NCBI GenBank assembly: GCA_965200505.1
Contig: OZ241343.1
Span: forward strand, 841,302 to 905,301
Direction: 5' to 3'
DNA from: Candidatus Azotimanducaceae bacterium
GTDB taxonomy: Bacteria; Pseudomonadota; Gammaproteobacteria; Pseudomonadales; Azotimanducaceae
Length of the DNA: 64,000 nucleotides
The notes under the pieces were generated by a model. The model was not told the DNA's origin. It searched no databases and saw only the letters and a program-made list of their open reading frames with translations. Shown here piece after piece: positions 27,126 through 37,555 of the stretch (the first letter of the stretch is position 1; every line of letters begins with the position of its first letter). Position numbers and translations under genes: made by a program.

Positions 27126-28868
27126 TCAGGCCGCCCTGCTCAGACGCGCGTCGATCTCGGGGCCCTGATTCGAGACGAGTTGACCGGGCAGCGCTTGCCC
27201 GCAGGTCTCACTGTTGTTGAAGATCGGCTCGCCGTTGACGATGACCCAGTCGATGCCTTGCGCCGGCACGATGCGCCGCCAGTCACCGTTCGGAAGGTCG
27301 TTGCGAATGGCGTAGTTGTCACGCTCGTACCCAATCGAGTCATAGTCGTAGATGTAGAGATCGGCGGCATTGCCCTCAACGAGGGTGCCGCGCCGGTGGA
27401 GCCCGAGGATCCGGGCGGGAAGCTGGCTCAGCCGGAAGTGCGCGTCTTCAAGCGACAAGGCCCCCTCCTCCCGCACCAGCCACGCGATCATCTCCGTCGA
27501 GTAATGCCCCCCGGAGAAGAACTTGACGTGGGCGCCGCCATCCGAAGTGCCCGGTATGCAGCGCTTGTGGCGGGCGATCTCAGCGTTCATTGCGGCATCC
27601 TGGCTGAGAAGCTCCGTCGTGCGGAAATCGGCGTCGAGACCCGACTGGGCGACGATTTCAAAGAACACGTCGGTGACCGGCCGCCCGGTCTCCGCGGCGA
27701 TCTCGCCAACGAGCTTGCCTTCGAACTGGGTGTATCCGCTCGCGCTGTGGCTCCGGTGCAGGATGAACGACTCGAGCGAGCCGCCCGAGGCCACCATTGC
27801 GTCAGGGTCGTAGCCCTCGCGCATTCGCGCCAGGTACTCGGCATCGCCCGCCTTGGCAAGCTTCGCCTTATCGTCGCTAACGCTGAACTCGCGGAAGATC
27901 GGGATGGCGTCCCACAAATTCCATTCTCGAACTCGAAACTCAGTCCAGATTCGGCAAACCAGGCTCTGGCCATAGATCGGCAGGCCGCGCGCCTCGCAAC
28001 TGTCGAGCCATTCGAGGCGGCTTGGGTGGAAGTCCGGCATGGGGCCAAAGGGCGCCACCAGGTTGCTGATGATCGGCCGACCCGTTCGACTCGCCAACTC
28101 CTCGGCGACGTGGCGGTAGTCGGCGATGGGGCTGTCGCAGAGGATCTGGATGCATCCCTCGCCCCGTTCCCGAAGCGCGTCGGCGACCGCGTAGGCGTTC
28201 TCAACCGGCATGGAATCCGTGGGCATCGGCGTGCCGTCAATGTCAACGTGGCCGTTGCTGTCGCCCTGATGGGAGAGCGAGAAGCCGATGGCGCCGCAGT
28301 CCATGGCTTCGTGCAGCATGTCCTGGAGCTGCTGCCGCTCCGCGGCATTGGCCAGCCGGTGCTTGGCCGCGTCAATGCCCATCACGTAGATGAGCATGGA
28401 GCTCAGCGGGATGTAGCTGGCGAGGTTGACGCCAAGCGGCTGTCGCTTCATGTGCTCGATCCATTCAGGGAACGTGCTCCAGTCCCAGCCCAGCTCCTGC
28501 TTCATCGCGGCGTAGGGCACCTGCTCGGTGTTTTCCATCATCAGCATGTAGCGCTCGCGATGGTCAGGCAGGCAGGGCGAGAAGCCGAATCCGCAGTTGC
28601 CCACCGCGACGGTGGTACACCCGTGCCAGCTGGAGCTCGTGCAGTAGGGGTCCCAGTGGATCGGGGCGTCGTAGTGGGTGTGGGGATCGATCACGCCCGG
28701 GGCAATGATTCGCCCTTCCGCGTCGATCTCGCGGGTCGCGGTGTAGTCGCCGAGGGATCCGATCTTCTCGATGCGGCCATTCGAGACGCCGATGTCTGCG
28801 ACGTAGCGGGGGAACTGGGTGCCGTCGACGACGGTTCCAGACTTTAGCACCAAGTCGTAATGGGGCAT
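27126..28868 (-). CDS. N-acyl-D-amino-acid deacylase (D-aminoacylase) family amidohydrolase
   Basis: 580 aa: DLVLKSGTVVDG, IAPGVIDPHTHYD, and a long insertion domain typical of the D-aminoacylase family. Confidence 0.8.
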   Translation of the reverse strand: MPHYDLVLKSGTVVDGTQFPRYVADIGVSNGRIEKIGSLGDYTATREIDAEGRIIAPGVIDPHTHYDAPIHWDPYCTSSSWHGCTTVAVGNCGFGFSPCLPDHRERYMLMMENTEQVPYAAMKQELGWDWSTFPEWIEHMKRQPLGVNLASYIPLSSMLIYVMGIDAAKHRLANAAERQQLQDMLHEAMDCGAIGFSLSHQGDSNGHVDIDGTPMPTDSMPVENAYAVADALRERGEGCIQILCDSPIADYRHVAEELASRTGRPIISNLVAPFGPMPDFHPSRLEWLDSCEARGLPIYGQSLVCRIWTEFRVREWNLWDAIPIFREFSVSDDKAKLAKAGDAEYLARMREGYDPDAMVASGGSLESFILHRSHSASGYTQFEGKLVGEIAAETGRPVTDVFFEIVAQSGLDADFRTTELLSQDAAMNAEIARHKRCIPGTSDGGAHVKFFSGGHYSTEMIAWLVREEGALSLEDAHFRLSQLPARILGLHRRGTLVEGNAADLYIYDYDSIGYERDNYAIRNDLPNGDWRRIVPAQGIDWVIVNGEPIFNNSETCGQALPGQLVSNQGPEIDARLSRAA

Positions 28869-29005
28869 GGGATCATCTCCTCAACCGTACTGGGGGAACT
28901 GTACTACGGAACACAAACAAAAGCTACGTCCATGGAGGGTGTGAAGCGATTGGCGTTGTGGTAACGTTTCGGCACGACGGGTGCCTTCTTAAGCTGGTGT
29001 AAGTA

Positions 29006-29995
29006 GTGAAAGTAACGAAAGAAATGCTGCATGAAGATCTGCAGCCCAAGTATCGGCCGCTCACCCTGCTGCTCCCGCTGTTGAAACGCAGATGGACGCT
29101 GGCAATCATGACCTTTCTCACAAAGCGATTTCTGATCGGAAAGCCAATCGAAGGGGTCGAGTCTTCCGAGGCCAGTGTTCCCAGCCGTGATGATGCCTAC
29201 GATATTCGAGTGAACGTGCATCGACCTGTCGATCACCCAATCGGCCAGAAGTTGCCACTGCTGCTCTACATCCACGGTGGTGGATACATCACGGGGATTC
29301 CAGAACTCGCCAACGATTCCGTGAAGAGGTTCATCGAAAAGCGCGCCTGTGTGGTAGTCGCCCCAGACTACAGGAAAGCCTACACCAAGCCGTACCCCGC
29401 TGGCTTGAATGATTGCTACGACACGCTGCTTTGGGCGGTGGAAAATGCAGATGACCTCGGTGTCGATCCAAGCAAGGTAATCGTCGCGGGGCATAGTGCG
29501 GGTGGTGGGCTGACTGCGGCACTGACATTGAAGGCTCGGGACGCGGGTGAGTTTGACATCGCGTTTCAGATGCCAATCTATCCCATGATCGACGATCAGC
29601 AACCGGACGATCCGCAACGCGAGCTGGATAGTCCGGGCTGGAACACCACGCTGAATCGAATCGGCTGGCAAGCCTACCTAGCGGCCCTTCTCGAAGCAGG
29701 TGAGGACATCCCTCCGTATGCGGCCCCGATGCGGAACAATGACTATGCTGGCTTCCCCCCAACCATTACGTTTGTAGGCACCTTGGACCCGTTTTACTGG
29801 GAAACGGTTCGTTACGTCGACGGCCTCAAGAATGCAGGTGTGGAAGTAACGTTCAAGGAATTCAAAGACTGCTTCCATGGATTCGAGACGATCGCAGGCC
29901 AAACGCCTATTGGCAAGGAGGGTCTGGACTTCACTTACTCAACTTACGCCGAGTTCTATGATCGGTATGTCGGGCTTCCGGGGGATGCCGGTTGA
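29006..29995 (+). CDS. Alpha/beta hydrolase, HSL-like esterase/lipase
   Basis: IHGGGY oxyanion motif, APDYRKA, and nucleophile GHSAGGG. The track start is GTG 29006; an ATG lies at 29024. This is the first gene of the AT-richer block. Confidence 0.85.
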   Translation: MKVTKEMLHEDLQPKYRPLTLLLPLLKRRWTLAIMTFLTKRFLIGKPIEGVESSEASVPSRDDAYDIRVNVHRPVDHPIGQKLPLLLYIHGGGYITGIPELANDSVKRFIEKRACVVVAPDYRKAYTKPYPAGLNDCYDTLLWAVENADDLGVDPSKVIVAGHSAGGGLTAALTLKARDAGEFDIAFQMPIYPMIDDQQPDDPQRELDSPGWNTTLNRIGWQAYLAALLEAGEDIPPYAAPMRNNDYAGFPPTITFVGTLDPFYWETVRYVDGLKNAGVEVTFKEFKDCFHGFETIAGQTPIGKEGLDFTYSTYAEFYDRYVGLPGDAG

Positions 29996-30029
29996 TGCGC
30001 TTGCCGAGTTCCGCGCCTAGACACCAGTT

Positions 30030-31037
30030 TCAAGAGACGTTTATGCAGATCTTCCCGAAGTGTCGTTGGGATTCCTGATAGCGAAAGGCGTCTGCCAAGT
30101 CCTCCAAACCATACTGAGCGTCGATCACAGGCTCAATCTGGCAGTTTTCAATGGCACGGATCATATCAAGTTGGTTTTGTCTGCTCCCAACCGCTATGCC
30201 TCTCAGGACAGCGCTCTTGGCAAGCAATTCCACGGTCGAGATTTCCCCGGAATAGCCAGCCAGGACACCGATGAGCGAGATGCGGCCGCCGATGCCAATG
30301 GCTCTAATGGACTGTGGCAGCGTGCCGGCACCACCAACCTCCATCACGACATCCACGCCTTGGCCATCCGTCAACTCAAATGCATGCGTTCCCCAATCAG
30401 GCGTGCTTCGATAGTTAATGACTTCATCGGCGCCGAGCAAGCGTAGCTTTTCTAGTTTTTGATCTGACGACGACGTCGCAATCACCCGACAACCTGCCAT
30501 CTTCGCAAACTGCACGGCAAAGACCGAAACGCCGCCGGTGCCTTGCGTAAGCACGACCTCACCAGGCCGAACACCCGCTTGATCCATCAACCCACGCCAT
30601 GCCGTCGTCGCGGCAGTTGGCAGCGTCGCGGATTGGATTGCACTATACCCGACCGGCGCTCTCGTGAATGAATGGTAGGGCCGGGTCACCGTTTGTGTGG
30701 CAAAACCGTCCACTTGCTCTCCAACTATGCCGGCCAGTTTTTTCTCAGTGGGTTCACCATCCAACCAGTTTGGGCAGGCGCAACTCAAAACGGCATCCCC
30801 TACTTCATACTCCGTAACGCCTTCGCCAATGGCGGTGACGGTGCCCGCAGCGTCAGACAAGGGGACGCGCCCGTCGGCTACTTCGATCTGCCCAGAAGCC
30901 ACTGCATAGTCATGGTAGTTTAAGGAACTGGCCTCGATGCGCACTTGGATCTCGCCCGGATTTGGGGCTCGCGACTGCACCTCAAAGCGTTGGAGATGCT
31001 CCAACCCGCCAGGCCTCTGCAATCTCATTGCGAACAT
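30030..31037 (-). CDS. Medium-chain dehydrogenase/reductase (quinone oxidoreductase / Zn-ADH family)
   Basis: 335 aa: GEIQVRIEASSLNYHD, GTGGVSVFAVQFAK (Rossmann), C-terminal GKICINV. Confidence 0.85.
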   Translation of the reverse strand: MFAMRLQRPGGLEHLQRFEVQSRAPNPGEIQVRIEASSLNYHDYAVASGQIEVADGRVPLSDAAGTVTAIGEGVTEYEVGDAVLSCACPNWLDGEPTEKKLAGIVGEQVDGFATQTVTRPYHSFTRAPVGYSAIQSATLPTAATTAWRGLMDQAGVRPGEVVLTQGTGGVSVFAVQFAKMAGCRVIATSSSDQKLEKLRLLGADEVINYRSTPDWGTHAFELTDGQGVDVVMEVGGAGTLPQSIRAIGIGGRISLIGVLAGYSGEISTVELLAKSAVLRGIAVGSRQNQLDMIRAIENCQIEPVIDAQYGLEDLADAFRYQESQRHFGKICINVS

Positions 31038-31057
31038 AATGGCCGCCTAGTTCAACC

Positions 31058-31600
31058 TCATTCCGCGCACCAGCTATAGATCGGATCATCAGGTGCAAAT
31101 CCTCCGTGGTTGGCACTGTCGGCAAGCCCAAACATATCCCACTCTGACCGACTTGCTTGATATTGGTTCCAATCCCAAAGACAAACCCGGTGAAGGATTT
31201 TCCACTGCCCTGCGCGTTTTTCGTAGAGGTCCTTGTATCGCCCTCCCAGCAGCCAAAAGTGATCTTCCTCTGAGTCCGCACCTGGAATCACATGGGCGGC
31301 TATGAAGTAGGTTTCAACTTTTGCCCGATTGCCCGACAGTTCAATTTGGATATTGCTTACATGGTGACTGACGCTCTTGAACATGCCTTTACTCGCAACT
31401 GCGAATTCACAGAAATCATGGCTATTCCCGACGAAACCACCGTGATCGTCCGTGCCATCTTCCCAATATGAATCTTTAAGCAAGTTCATATCCAACCGAT
31501 CCGCGCCGCGGCAGTACTTGACAACGTTCTCATAAATTGCCTGCTTGTCCAGTGATTCTCGCACCGCACGAAGTTCTTCGTCAGACAACTGATCCATCAT
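31058..31600 (-). CDS. NTF2-fold (SnoaL-like) protein
   Basis: 180 aa: IYENVVKYCRGADRLDMNLLKDSYWEDGTDDHG...HHVSN pattern of the SnoaL_4-type family. Confidence 0.7.
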   Translation of the reverse strand: MMDQLSDEELRAVRESLDKQAIYENVVKYCRGADRLDMNLLKDSYWEDGTDDHGGFVGNSHDFCEFAVASKGMFKSVSHHVSNIQIELSGNRAKVETYFIAAHVIPGADSEEDHFWLLGGRYKDLYEKRAGQWKILHRVCLWDWNQYQASRSEWDMFGLADSANHGGFAPDDPIYSWCAE

Positions 31601-33139
31601 TCACTCCTGAGTCAAAAGCTCGGGGGCTTCCTGTGACAACAGCATGATAACTCGCTTGGTATGCAACCGGCGATACGGCACCGATTTTTCAACATATACA
31701 GGGTCTAGATGCAACTCGATGAAGGCTTCTGCACTTGGGTACCGTGTCACGGCCACCGCATCCCACTGATTGCTGTCATCACCGATAACCGTGAGTGGCA
31801 GGCCACTCACATAAACGGGTTTCACGCCGATGCGCTCGATTATGGGCGTAGTGGCTTCAATGTACTTTGCCAGTGCTTCAGCCACACTGCCACGAAAACC
31901 CACCTTCTCATCATGCACTTCGCCAGTAGGCAGTTGCAGAAAACTTGTGGTCACAATGGGCTGCTTGTTGGGATATAGCAAGATACTGCGCCATTGTTCT
32001 TCCGTTGGCCAAATGGTCGAGTCGCCGTAGATCGCCATCAACTCAGCCAGTTTTTCTTCAACGTCTGTCGTTGCTAGATTCACGCGCAGGATCCGGTCGC
32101 CGTGGACCGAGCCGATAAAGAGCTCGTCGCCAACGCGCAGACCAACTGTTCCGGTTCCCATAGGCGCACCTTCGTTCGCGTACAAGGTTTCGACGATCGT
32201 CATCGAGTGGGGATCGAGCGCGACAATCTTGAACGGAATACCGCATGCTCTCTGTTCGATACTCACGCAAGCCGCAAAGTCCTGCGCGGTGATGTCTCTG
32301 GGTAAAGATGCAATGAGGATGCGACCATCAGAGGTCCACCGGGCATTGTCGGGTGTGTCAACCATCGCGCGGCCCAGTTCACGGCCGGTCGCGACTTCGA
32401 TCTTCCGTACGCTATGTTCTGCGGTCGCGTTCATGTAGATGATGCGGCCATCGGGTGAGGTGACGATGCCGTTGGGCATCGCGCCATCGGTCCCGCCAAT
32501 CTTTCGAAAGCTCAGTTCAGACTGCGACCAAGCAAATGCATGGCCCGTGACATCTCTCGATATGTCCTGGGTCACATCGAAGCCTAGCGGAGTCATCTGC
32601 GTGGTGTAGAAGTCACCGTTGGAGACTCCCGCGACGCTGTTGAGCCATGCCTTGGGGGGTGCCGGTACACAGCCACGCCACTCCACCCGCCAGTCGGCAC
32701 CCGAACCAATCACCTCGAACAGCTCGACGGCTTCGCGGCTGCCGTGTTGAACAACCAGAAGCTGCAAACGCCCATCGTCCCGGCGAACGAGGTCAATCCC
32801 ATGCGCGTTGAACGCCCTCCCGGGCGGTGTCGCACAATTCGGGTGTCCCCAGCCTGGCTCGGCCGCACCGTTGCCTTGGCCACCGCGGAACACGGTGTGT
32901 TGCTTCTCACTCTCGAGTTCAAAGACCACGAGCCTGCCCGGAACTTCCGACGAGCCGCCATACTCTCCAAGCAGGATGGCTTGCCCCCCCGGGAGTGCGA
33001 CCATGTCCTCGGGATTTGTAAACTCGCAGATCGGCCGCGCATTCCCTTTCGGGACACAGTCAAGGATGGGTTCCGCCTGCGGCGCTTGGGTAACAAGCAG
33101 TAGAATCGCGAGCGTGATCGAAAGGAATAGGAGTTGCAT
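31601..33139 (-). CDS. Secreted six-bladed beta-propeller (SMP-30/gluconolactonase/PON-like) fused to a C-terminal DUF1330-like domain
   Basis: Signal MQLLFLSITLAILLLVTQAPQA. Propeller-like blades (MPNGIVTSPDGRIIYM, RWTSDGRILIAS). The C-terminal ~110 aa (VKPVYVSG...WDAVAVTRYPSAEAFIELHLDPVY) resemble DUF1330. Call is by motif only. Confidence 0.55.
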   Translation of the reverse strand: MQLLFLSITLAILLLVTQAPQAEPILDCVPKGNARPICEFTNPEDMVALPGGQAILLGEYGGSSEVPGRLVVFELESEKQHTVFRGGQGNGAAEPGWGHPNCATPPGRAFNAHGIDLVRRDDGRLQLLVVQHGSREAVELFEVIGSGADWRVEWRGCVPAPPKAWLNSVAGVSNGDFYTTQMTPLGFDVTQDISRDVTGHAFAWSQSELSFRKIGGTDGAMPNGIVTSPDGRIIYMNATAEHSVRKIEVATGRELGRAMVDTPDNARWTSDGRILIASLPRDITAQDFAACVSIEQRACGIPFKIVALDPHSMTIVETLYANEGAPMGTGTVGLRVGDELFIGSVHGDRILRVNLATTDVEEKLAELMAIYGDSTIWPTEEQWRSILLYPNKQPIVTTSFLQLPTGEVHDEKVGFRGSVAEALAKYIEATTPIIERIGVKPVYVSGLPLTVIGDDSNQWDAVAVTRYPSAEAFIELHLDPVYVEKSVPYRRLHTKRVIMLLSQEAPELLTQE

Positions 33140-33150
33140 GATGGATCTCC

Positions 33151-34356
33151 CTAGGCAGGCTCAAAACTGATGGGCAGCGCTTCCATTCCGACCATCCCCG
33201 AGAAGTGACGAAACACAGCCGCACCGGCAAGCTGGGGATTCTTCATTCTCTCAACCAGGACTGACAGCGCTTCTTCAAGTAGGGCTCTCGCCATAAACAT
33301 GCCAATACAGAAATGGATTCCCTGACCAAAGGTAATGATCCTGTTCCTGTCCCGGTCTGGATTGAACGCATCTGGGGAGTCATAGAATGATTCATCGCGG
33401 CCCGCGTAGGTGAGCGGCAGCATTAGCATGGTGTCTTTCGGAATCAAGGTGTCACGGTATTCGATGTCAGCATTGGTTACGCGGAACGTTGCTGAAATTG
33501 GGTTGTAAAACCTCAAGGACTCATCGACTACCTTCTTTACGCGACCAGGTTCGTCTGCCAGTTTGCCCCACTCCTTGGGGTGATCCAGCAGCACCTTCAT
33601 CATCAGAATCAACTGATTTTTTGTTGTATCGTAGCCAGCGGAAATCAGGTTGATCAGCAACACGCGCAGTTCCTCGTCGGATAAGCTCTCGCCATCAGTC
33701 GCGAGATCAACCAGTGTCTGCAGCAGGTCATCCTTTGCCTCACTTCGATTGCGCCGCGCATCAACCAGTTCATCGACATAGTCAAACAAGTGGGCCAGTG
33801 CCCAGTTCACTTTGGCAACCGTTTCTTCATTCAGACTGAATGCATCTGATAGCACGATCACCCACTCTTCAAACCTTTCAATATCATCGGTTGAAACACC
33901 AAGGACGTCGCACATCACAGTGATCGGATATCGCGCTGCGACTTTCGTGAAATCGCACTCTGCTGCCCCATCCAGTGAATCAAGGATCTTGTTGATGGTC
34001 TCACCCATAAATGAACGGTACTTCGCAGCTTCCTGCGCGGTAAACGCAGGTGCCAAAATCCTGCGAAGGCGTTTGTGGGCTTCACCATCCAGCGCCAAGA
34101 AAAAATGATCATAGAAGCGTTCGAACGGTGTGCCCTTCTCGACTCCGACCATCTTGGAAATATCTCTGATCGGGGTTCGACAGCGATCGTCCATCAGGAA
34201 GTCCCTCATCGCCTGCTGATCAAGCAGCACGTAACCCATGGGGAATCTGGCTAGCCAGTTCTTTTTCCGGGCCGCTGAGTAGATCGCATGGGGGTCATTG
34301 ACGAAGTCCGGATCATGAATTTCGATCTCCGCCACATCTAAATCCGCCAGTTGCAT
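33151..34356 (-). CDS. Cytochrome P450
   Basis: 401 aa. Heme-binding loop FGQGIHFCIGMFMA (FxxGxHxCxG), I-helix AGYDTT, and ESLR (ExxR). Confidence 0.93.
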   Translation of the reverse strand: MQLADLDVAEIEIHDPDFVNDPHAIYSAARKKNWLARFPMGYVLLDQQAMRDFLMDDRCRTPIRDISKMVGVEKGTPFERFYDHFFLALDGEAHKRLRRILAPAFTAQEAAKYRSFMGETINKILDSLDGAAECDFTKVAARYPITVMCDVLGVSTDDIERFEEWVIVLSDAFSLNEETVAKVNWALAHLFDYVDELVDARRNRSEAKDDLLQTLVDLATDGESLSDEELRVLLINLISAGYDTTKNQLILMMKVLLDHPKEWGKLADEPGRVKKVVDESLRFYNPISATFRVTNADIEYRDTLIPKDTMLMLPLTYAGRDESFYDSPDAFNPDRDRNRIITFGQGIHFCIGMFMARALLEEALSVLVERMKNPQLAGAAVFRHFSGMVGMEALPISFEPA

Positions 34357-34895
34357 TACTTCATCGCTGCTTTGTTGGCCGCTTTACGTTTGGCAATGTC
34401 CTGTGCTGATTTTTTGGCCTCGGCGTTGTTAAAGCCCTCCATACGCACGATTTTGCCGTCTTCCCAGTAATAGACGTGTACATATTCTTGAACAAACGGC
34501 GCGCCATATCTGTGGCCGCGAGTGCGGTTCCTTACCACTGCTATGTTGCCTTCAACGACGACCCAGTACCTATCAACCTTCAGACCATGCTCAAAATTGA
34601 CCTGTTCAGCCCCCTTCAGGTAGAAGTTCAAAAAGGCTTCACGACCGAAGAAGTATTTTCCCAAAGGTCCTGTTGTGTGGTAATGAGCCTCAACGTCATC
34701 CGCGTAAAATTCGCTGAACTTTACAATGTCCTCCTGTTTACCGGAATGTAGGTATTTCAAGAACTTCGTCATCATCGCCCTGGTTTCTTCAGTCGTCATC
34801 CCGTCAGCCTGTACCGCCCCAGCTGCAGTCATGCCAATAACCATCGCAAGCAAAACACCAACAATGTGGGACAGGTGTGTGGATCCTCTAACCAT
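34356..34895 (-). CDS. Secreted NTF2-fold (SnoaL-like) protein
   Basis: Trimmed to ATG 34895 with an AGAGGAGAG SD. Signal MVRGSTHLSHIVGVLLAMVIGMTAAGAVQA followed by an NTF2-like core. Its stop overlaps the P450 start by 1 nt. Confidence 0.7.
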   Translation of the reverse strand: MVRGSTHLSHIVGVLLAMVIGMTAAGAVQADGMTTEETRAMMTKFLKYLHSGKQEDIVKFSEFYADDVEAHYHTTGPLGKYFFGREAFLNFYLKGAEQVNFEHGLKVDRYWVVVEGNIAVVRNRTRGHRYGAPFVQEYVHVYYWEDGKIVRMEGFNNAEAKKSAQDIAKRKAANKAAMK

Positions 34896-34928
34896 TTCCA
34901 ACTCTCCTCTATGTGCAGTTGCGCCCAA

Positions 34929-37535
34929 CTAAAGCTCCCAAATCGCCTCCAATCCCCATGTGCGCGGTGGCGCCCAGGGCATGGTGAGCAGATTGACGGA
35001 CACCGACGTGGTCGCGGTCAGTGCGGTAATGTATTCTTCGTCGGTTAAATTCTTCACAAATCCACGTAACCTCAGGTTGGAGTCGCCGCTCGGGGTGTAC
35101 GTCAGAAAAAGGTTCGCGATCGAAAAGGCATCTTGCTGATCATCTTCGTTGTTAAAGGGTCGGTACTGAATGTCGTCTGTCCACGTCCACTGTGCCGTAA
35201 CCCCAAACTCTCCCCCATTTCCTAGAGGTACGATGTAATCCGCTGTCACTCCAACGGAGTTCTCCGGGGCTCGATTTAGAGGATTTCCTGACACGTCCTC
35301 AAAGACTGCAAACCCACCCCCGACCGCGAATGCTAAGCAATTGCCAGGGAAAAGTAACCCGTCACAGTCCTCATAATCGTCGTAAGTGGCGTCTAAATGC
35401 GCGTAGTTAACCGCAACCTGAAATTGATCGGAGACGCGGAACTGCGTCTCGAGTTCGATACCCCAAACTATGGATTTCGCCGCGTTGTCAACATTCAACT
35501 GAAGGCCCACAATTTGAGAAAGCTGTAAATCTTGATAGTCGTAGTAAAAGGCACTCGACCGCAGGGCCACGCGACCATCCGCGAACGTTGCTTTGTAACC
35601 AACCTCAAACGCGCCTACGTTCTCCTGATCATATTCGTCATTGCACGAACTGGTGTCGAAGCCGCCGGACCGAAAGCCCTTGGAATACTGTGCATAGATG
35701 TTTGCTTGCTCAGACAGATCATGCTGCACGCCCACCCGATAAGAGACATCGTCCCAATCGTTCTTGAGTTGACTAGCGGGCAAGCCAAAGCCGCAGACTG
35801 GCACTACTTGCAATGCTTCCATCAACGCCTCCTTTTCTTCCTCGCTGAAGCGGACCCCACCATAGATTTGCCAGTCGTCTGAAACGTTGTAGGTCGCATC
35901 GACGAAAATGCCGTAAGCCTCCGTCTCTTGCTCAAAGCGGGAAGACACGAAACTGGTAAGCGGTGGCAAACCGAGCAGGTCGTCCAGGAAGTTGAGTGGC
36001 AGATCGGTAAACCACTCCAGGTCATCCCGGTAAAAGTACAATCCGGCCAGCAGGTCGAGCTTGTTGTCCATCAACGAAGCGTGCAGGTTCAGCTCTTGTG
36101 AGAACGTGTCTGAGTCATGCCCTGTTACTGCCGTCACCGCAAACCCCGCAATCCCATCGTTGTCCGTGTCCGCGAAAAATTCGCTGGTGACATATCCACT
36201 CTTTGCGATCAACGTTACGTTTTCGCTAAATGCCCAATCGACCGACAGCGAAGCGATCAGGCCCTCTCGGTTGTCACTCGTATTGACATCCGAATAGGTC
36301 TTGTGGGGTTCGAGCGAGTACAGCGCATTGGTGAACAGGTTGGGAAAGAGAAGATCGCTCGGCTCGGTGTAGGAATCGAACAACATGCTCCCTTCGCGCT
36401 CCTCGTAATGCGCGTTGAGGTCAATCGTGAGTGTGTCGCTAGGCGAAAAGCGCAACGCGCCGCGAATGGATTTGATCTCCTCGTGATCGACGTCATCAAA
36501 GCCTGGCAGTAGATTTTCTGTGTAGTGATCACGGTCGTCATAGATAACGGACACACGACCGAGCACGTTCTCCGCAATCGGGCCTGAAACCAATCCGGTG
36601 ACCTGGACGCGATCATAGTCCCCGTACAGCACGCCTATGCGACCTTCAAATTCTTCAGTTGGTTTGTTCGTGACGAGGTTCACGCTGCCACCCGTTGAAT
36701 TTCGCCCATACAAAGTCCCCTGAGGACCTCGGAGCACCTCGATGGATTCGAGGTCGAAGTACGCACCGCGTAGGGAAGCAGTCCGAGGTAGATAGATGCC
36801 ATCCACATGCTGGGCAACCGCTGGGTCGGCCGTACCTTGCCCCTGGGAAAAACCCACCCCGCGGATTGTCATGAACACTTGACCGTAATGGAGCCCCGAA
36901 TTGATGTTTGGCACATTGACGTTCAGGTCGAGGAAACTCTCGATTTCGCGCTCCTCCAACTGCTCGGCCGTAAACGCCGTCACCGATGCAGGCACCTCCA
37001 TCACCGTCGTTTCGCGTTTGGTTGCCGTTACGACGATTTCTTCAACGACACTAGCGTTCTGAGCGTTTTCGTCACCTGCTTGCGCGTGTGCGCTAGAACC
37101 AATCACCAAGCCGGCAAGCGCGGCACCGATTCTGGCTAGCATGGATTTCGGCTTCTTCACGTTCACGACTGTCTCCCCGTTCGATTCGACTTCTTCGACG
37201 ACACTGAGTTGCCCTTGGGTGCCCATCGAAATGGAGAGCCCGGTGCCGGCCAACAGAACCTCAAGTGCTTCCACGACTTCATACTGTCCGCTTAGCCGGT
37301 TGGCTGTCTTGTCGCTGGTTTCGTCGAAAGAGAACAGTAGAGTCCGATCCGCCTGCTCCGCAAACGCGATGAGCGCAAGGTCCGCGCGTTGCTTGGGAAT
37401 GTCAAAAGTCTGCGTGTCACTTGCGTGGGTGTGCAGAGCAATGCACAAACCGAGCATCAGACATCCTGGCCTCAACCGAGCACCTGTTGGCGGATAAGAC
37501 GATTGGCGGGGAAAAATCCGCCAGTCGATGAACAT
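34929..37535 (-). CDS. TonB-dependent receptor with N-terminal STN signalling domain (TonB-dependent transducer), TBDR1
   Basis: 868 aa. STN domain (FDIPKQRADLALIAFAEQADRTLLF...LLAGTGL), plug (EEIVVTATKRE, IEVLRGPQGTLYGRNSTGG), a long barrel, and a C-terminal aromatic residue. Lies immediately downstream of the FecR-like gene. Confidence 0.9.
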   Translation of the reverse strand: MFIDWRIFPRQSSYPPTGARLRPGCLMLGLCIALHTHASDTQTFDIPKQRADLALIAFAEQADRTLLFSFDETSDKTANRLSGQYEVVEALEVLLAGTGLSISMGTQGQLSVVEEVESNGETVVNVKKPKSMLARIGAALAGLVIGSSAHAQAGDENAQNASVVEEIVVTATKRETTVMEVPASVTAFTAEQLEEREIESFLDLNVNVPNINSGLHYGQVFMTIRGVGFSQGQGTADPAVAQHVDGIYLPRTASLRGAYFDLESIEVLRGPQGTLYGRNSTGGSVNLVTNKPTEEFEGRIGVLYGDYDRVQVTGLVSGPIAENVLGRVSVIYDDRDHYTENLLPGFDDVDHEEIKSIRGALRFSPSDTLTIDLNAHYEEREGSMLFDSYTEPSDLLFPNLFTNALYSLEPHKTYSDVNTSDNREGLIASLSVDWAFSENVTLIAKSGYVTSEFFADTDNDGIAGFAVTAVTGHDSDTFSQELNLHASLMDNKLDLLAGLYFYRDDLEWFTDLPLNFLDDLLGLPPLTSFVSSRFEQETEAYGIFVDATYNVSDDWQIYGGVRFSEEEKEALMEALQVVPVCGFGLPASQLKNDWDDVSYRVGVQHDLSEQANIYAQYSKGFRSGGFDTSSCNDEYDQENVGAFEVGYKATFADGRVALRSSAFYYDYQDLQLSQIVGLQLNVDNAAKSIVWGIELETQFRVSDQFQVAVNYAHLDATYDDYEDCDGLLFPGNCLAFAVGGGFAVFEDVSGNPLNRAPENSVGVTADYIVPLGNGGEFGVTAQWTWTDDIQYRPFNNEDDQQDAFSIANLFLTYTPSGDSNLRLRGFVKNLTDEEYITALTATTSVSVNLLTMPWAPPRTWGLEAIWEL

Positions 37536-37555
37536 TTGATGGGGAGAAAAGCCAG

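Noticed and set aside
27114..28847. 577-aa plus-strand ORF
   Set aside because: It is antisense to the D-aminoacylase gene, which has the DPHTH metal-binding motif.
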